A DNA stretch of 63,917 nucleotides, the filler included, from Octopus bimaculoides (lineage: Eukaryota): assembly GCF_001194135.2 (NCBI RefSeq). It is 4 parts of 4 records of this genome, joined end to end, with 100 filler letters (N's around TTAATTAATTAA, not from the genome) between each part and the next. Parts side by side here need not be neighbours in the genome. Positions count along the whole stretch, not along the records: positions 61,366 to 63,917 come from NW_026392114.1; 3 more parts are not named here. One strand, written 5' to 3'. The position numbers and the translations under genes are program-made. The notes beneath the pieces were generated by a model. That model was not told the origin of the DNA. It saw nothing but the letters and a program-made list of their open reading frames with translations, and did no database searches. Of the stretch, positions 63,876-63,917 are shown piece by piece. Numbering within the stretch: the first letter of the stretch is position 1; every line of letters starts with the position of its first letter.

Positions 63876-63917
<42 letters not shown>
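63876..63917. repeat. (GTT)n microsatellite
   Basis: Direct inspection. Confidence 0.95.

Overview
Repeat-dominated eukaryotic genomic DNA with many assembly gaps. The repeat landscape (tRNA-headed SINE families, dense CA/TA/CT/trinucleotide microsatellites) looks like an octopus/cephalopod assembly; this is an inference. I find no intact protein-coding gene, and nearly all listed ORFs are microsatellite, gap or decayed-transposon readings. Recognisable content: (i) five interspersed retroposon families in many copies; (ii) four decayed R4/Dong-type RT+REL LINEs, plus RTE, Penelope-like and possible L1/Tx1 fragments; (iii) a Gypsy pol remnant; (iv) mariner, Tc1 and maT (DD37D) remnants; (v) Helitron Rep/helicase fragments and a Helitron2-type non-autonomous element; (vi) MITEs of piggyBac, Kolobok-like, hAT-like and Mutator-like type. 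Most notable: a decayed TIF1/TRIM33-family PHD-bromodomain pseudogene on the minus strand (32-33.5 kb, possible B-box remnants at 38.7 kb) split by nested insertions; a minimal Penelope-type hammerhead ribozyme motif at 858-894; a cluster of inverted-repeat elements carrying TTAGGG telomeric repeats (42.8-48.5 kb); and a CpG-retaining block at about 43-49 kb between two CpG-decayed domains, with outward-facing splice donors suggestive of a divergent promoter region. Coordinates of decayed elements are approximate unless TSDs or TIRs are quoted.
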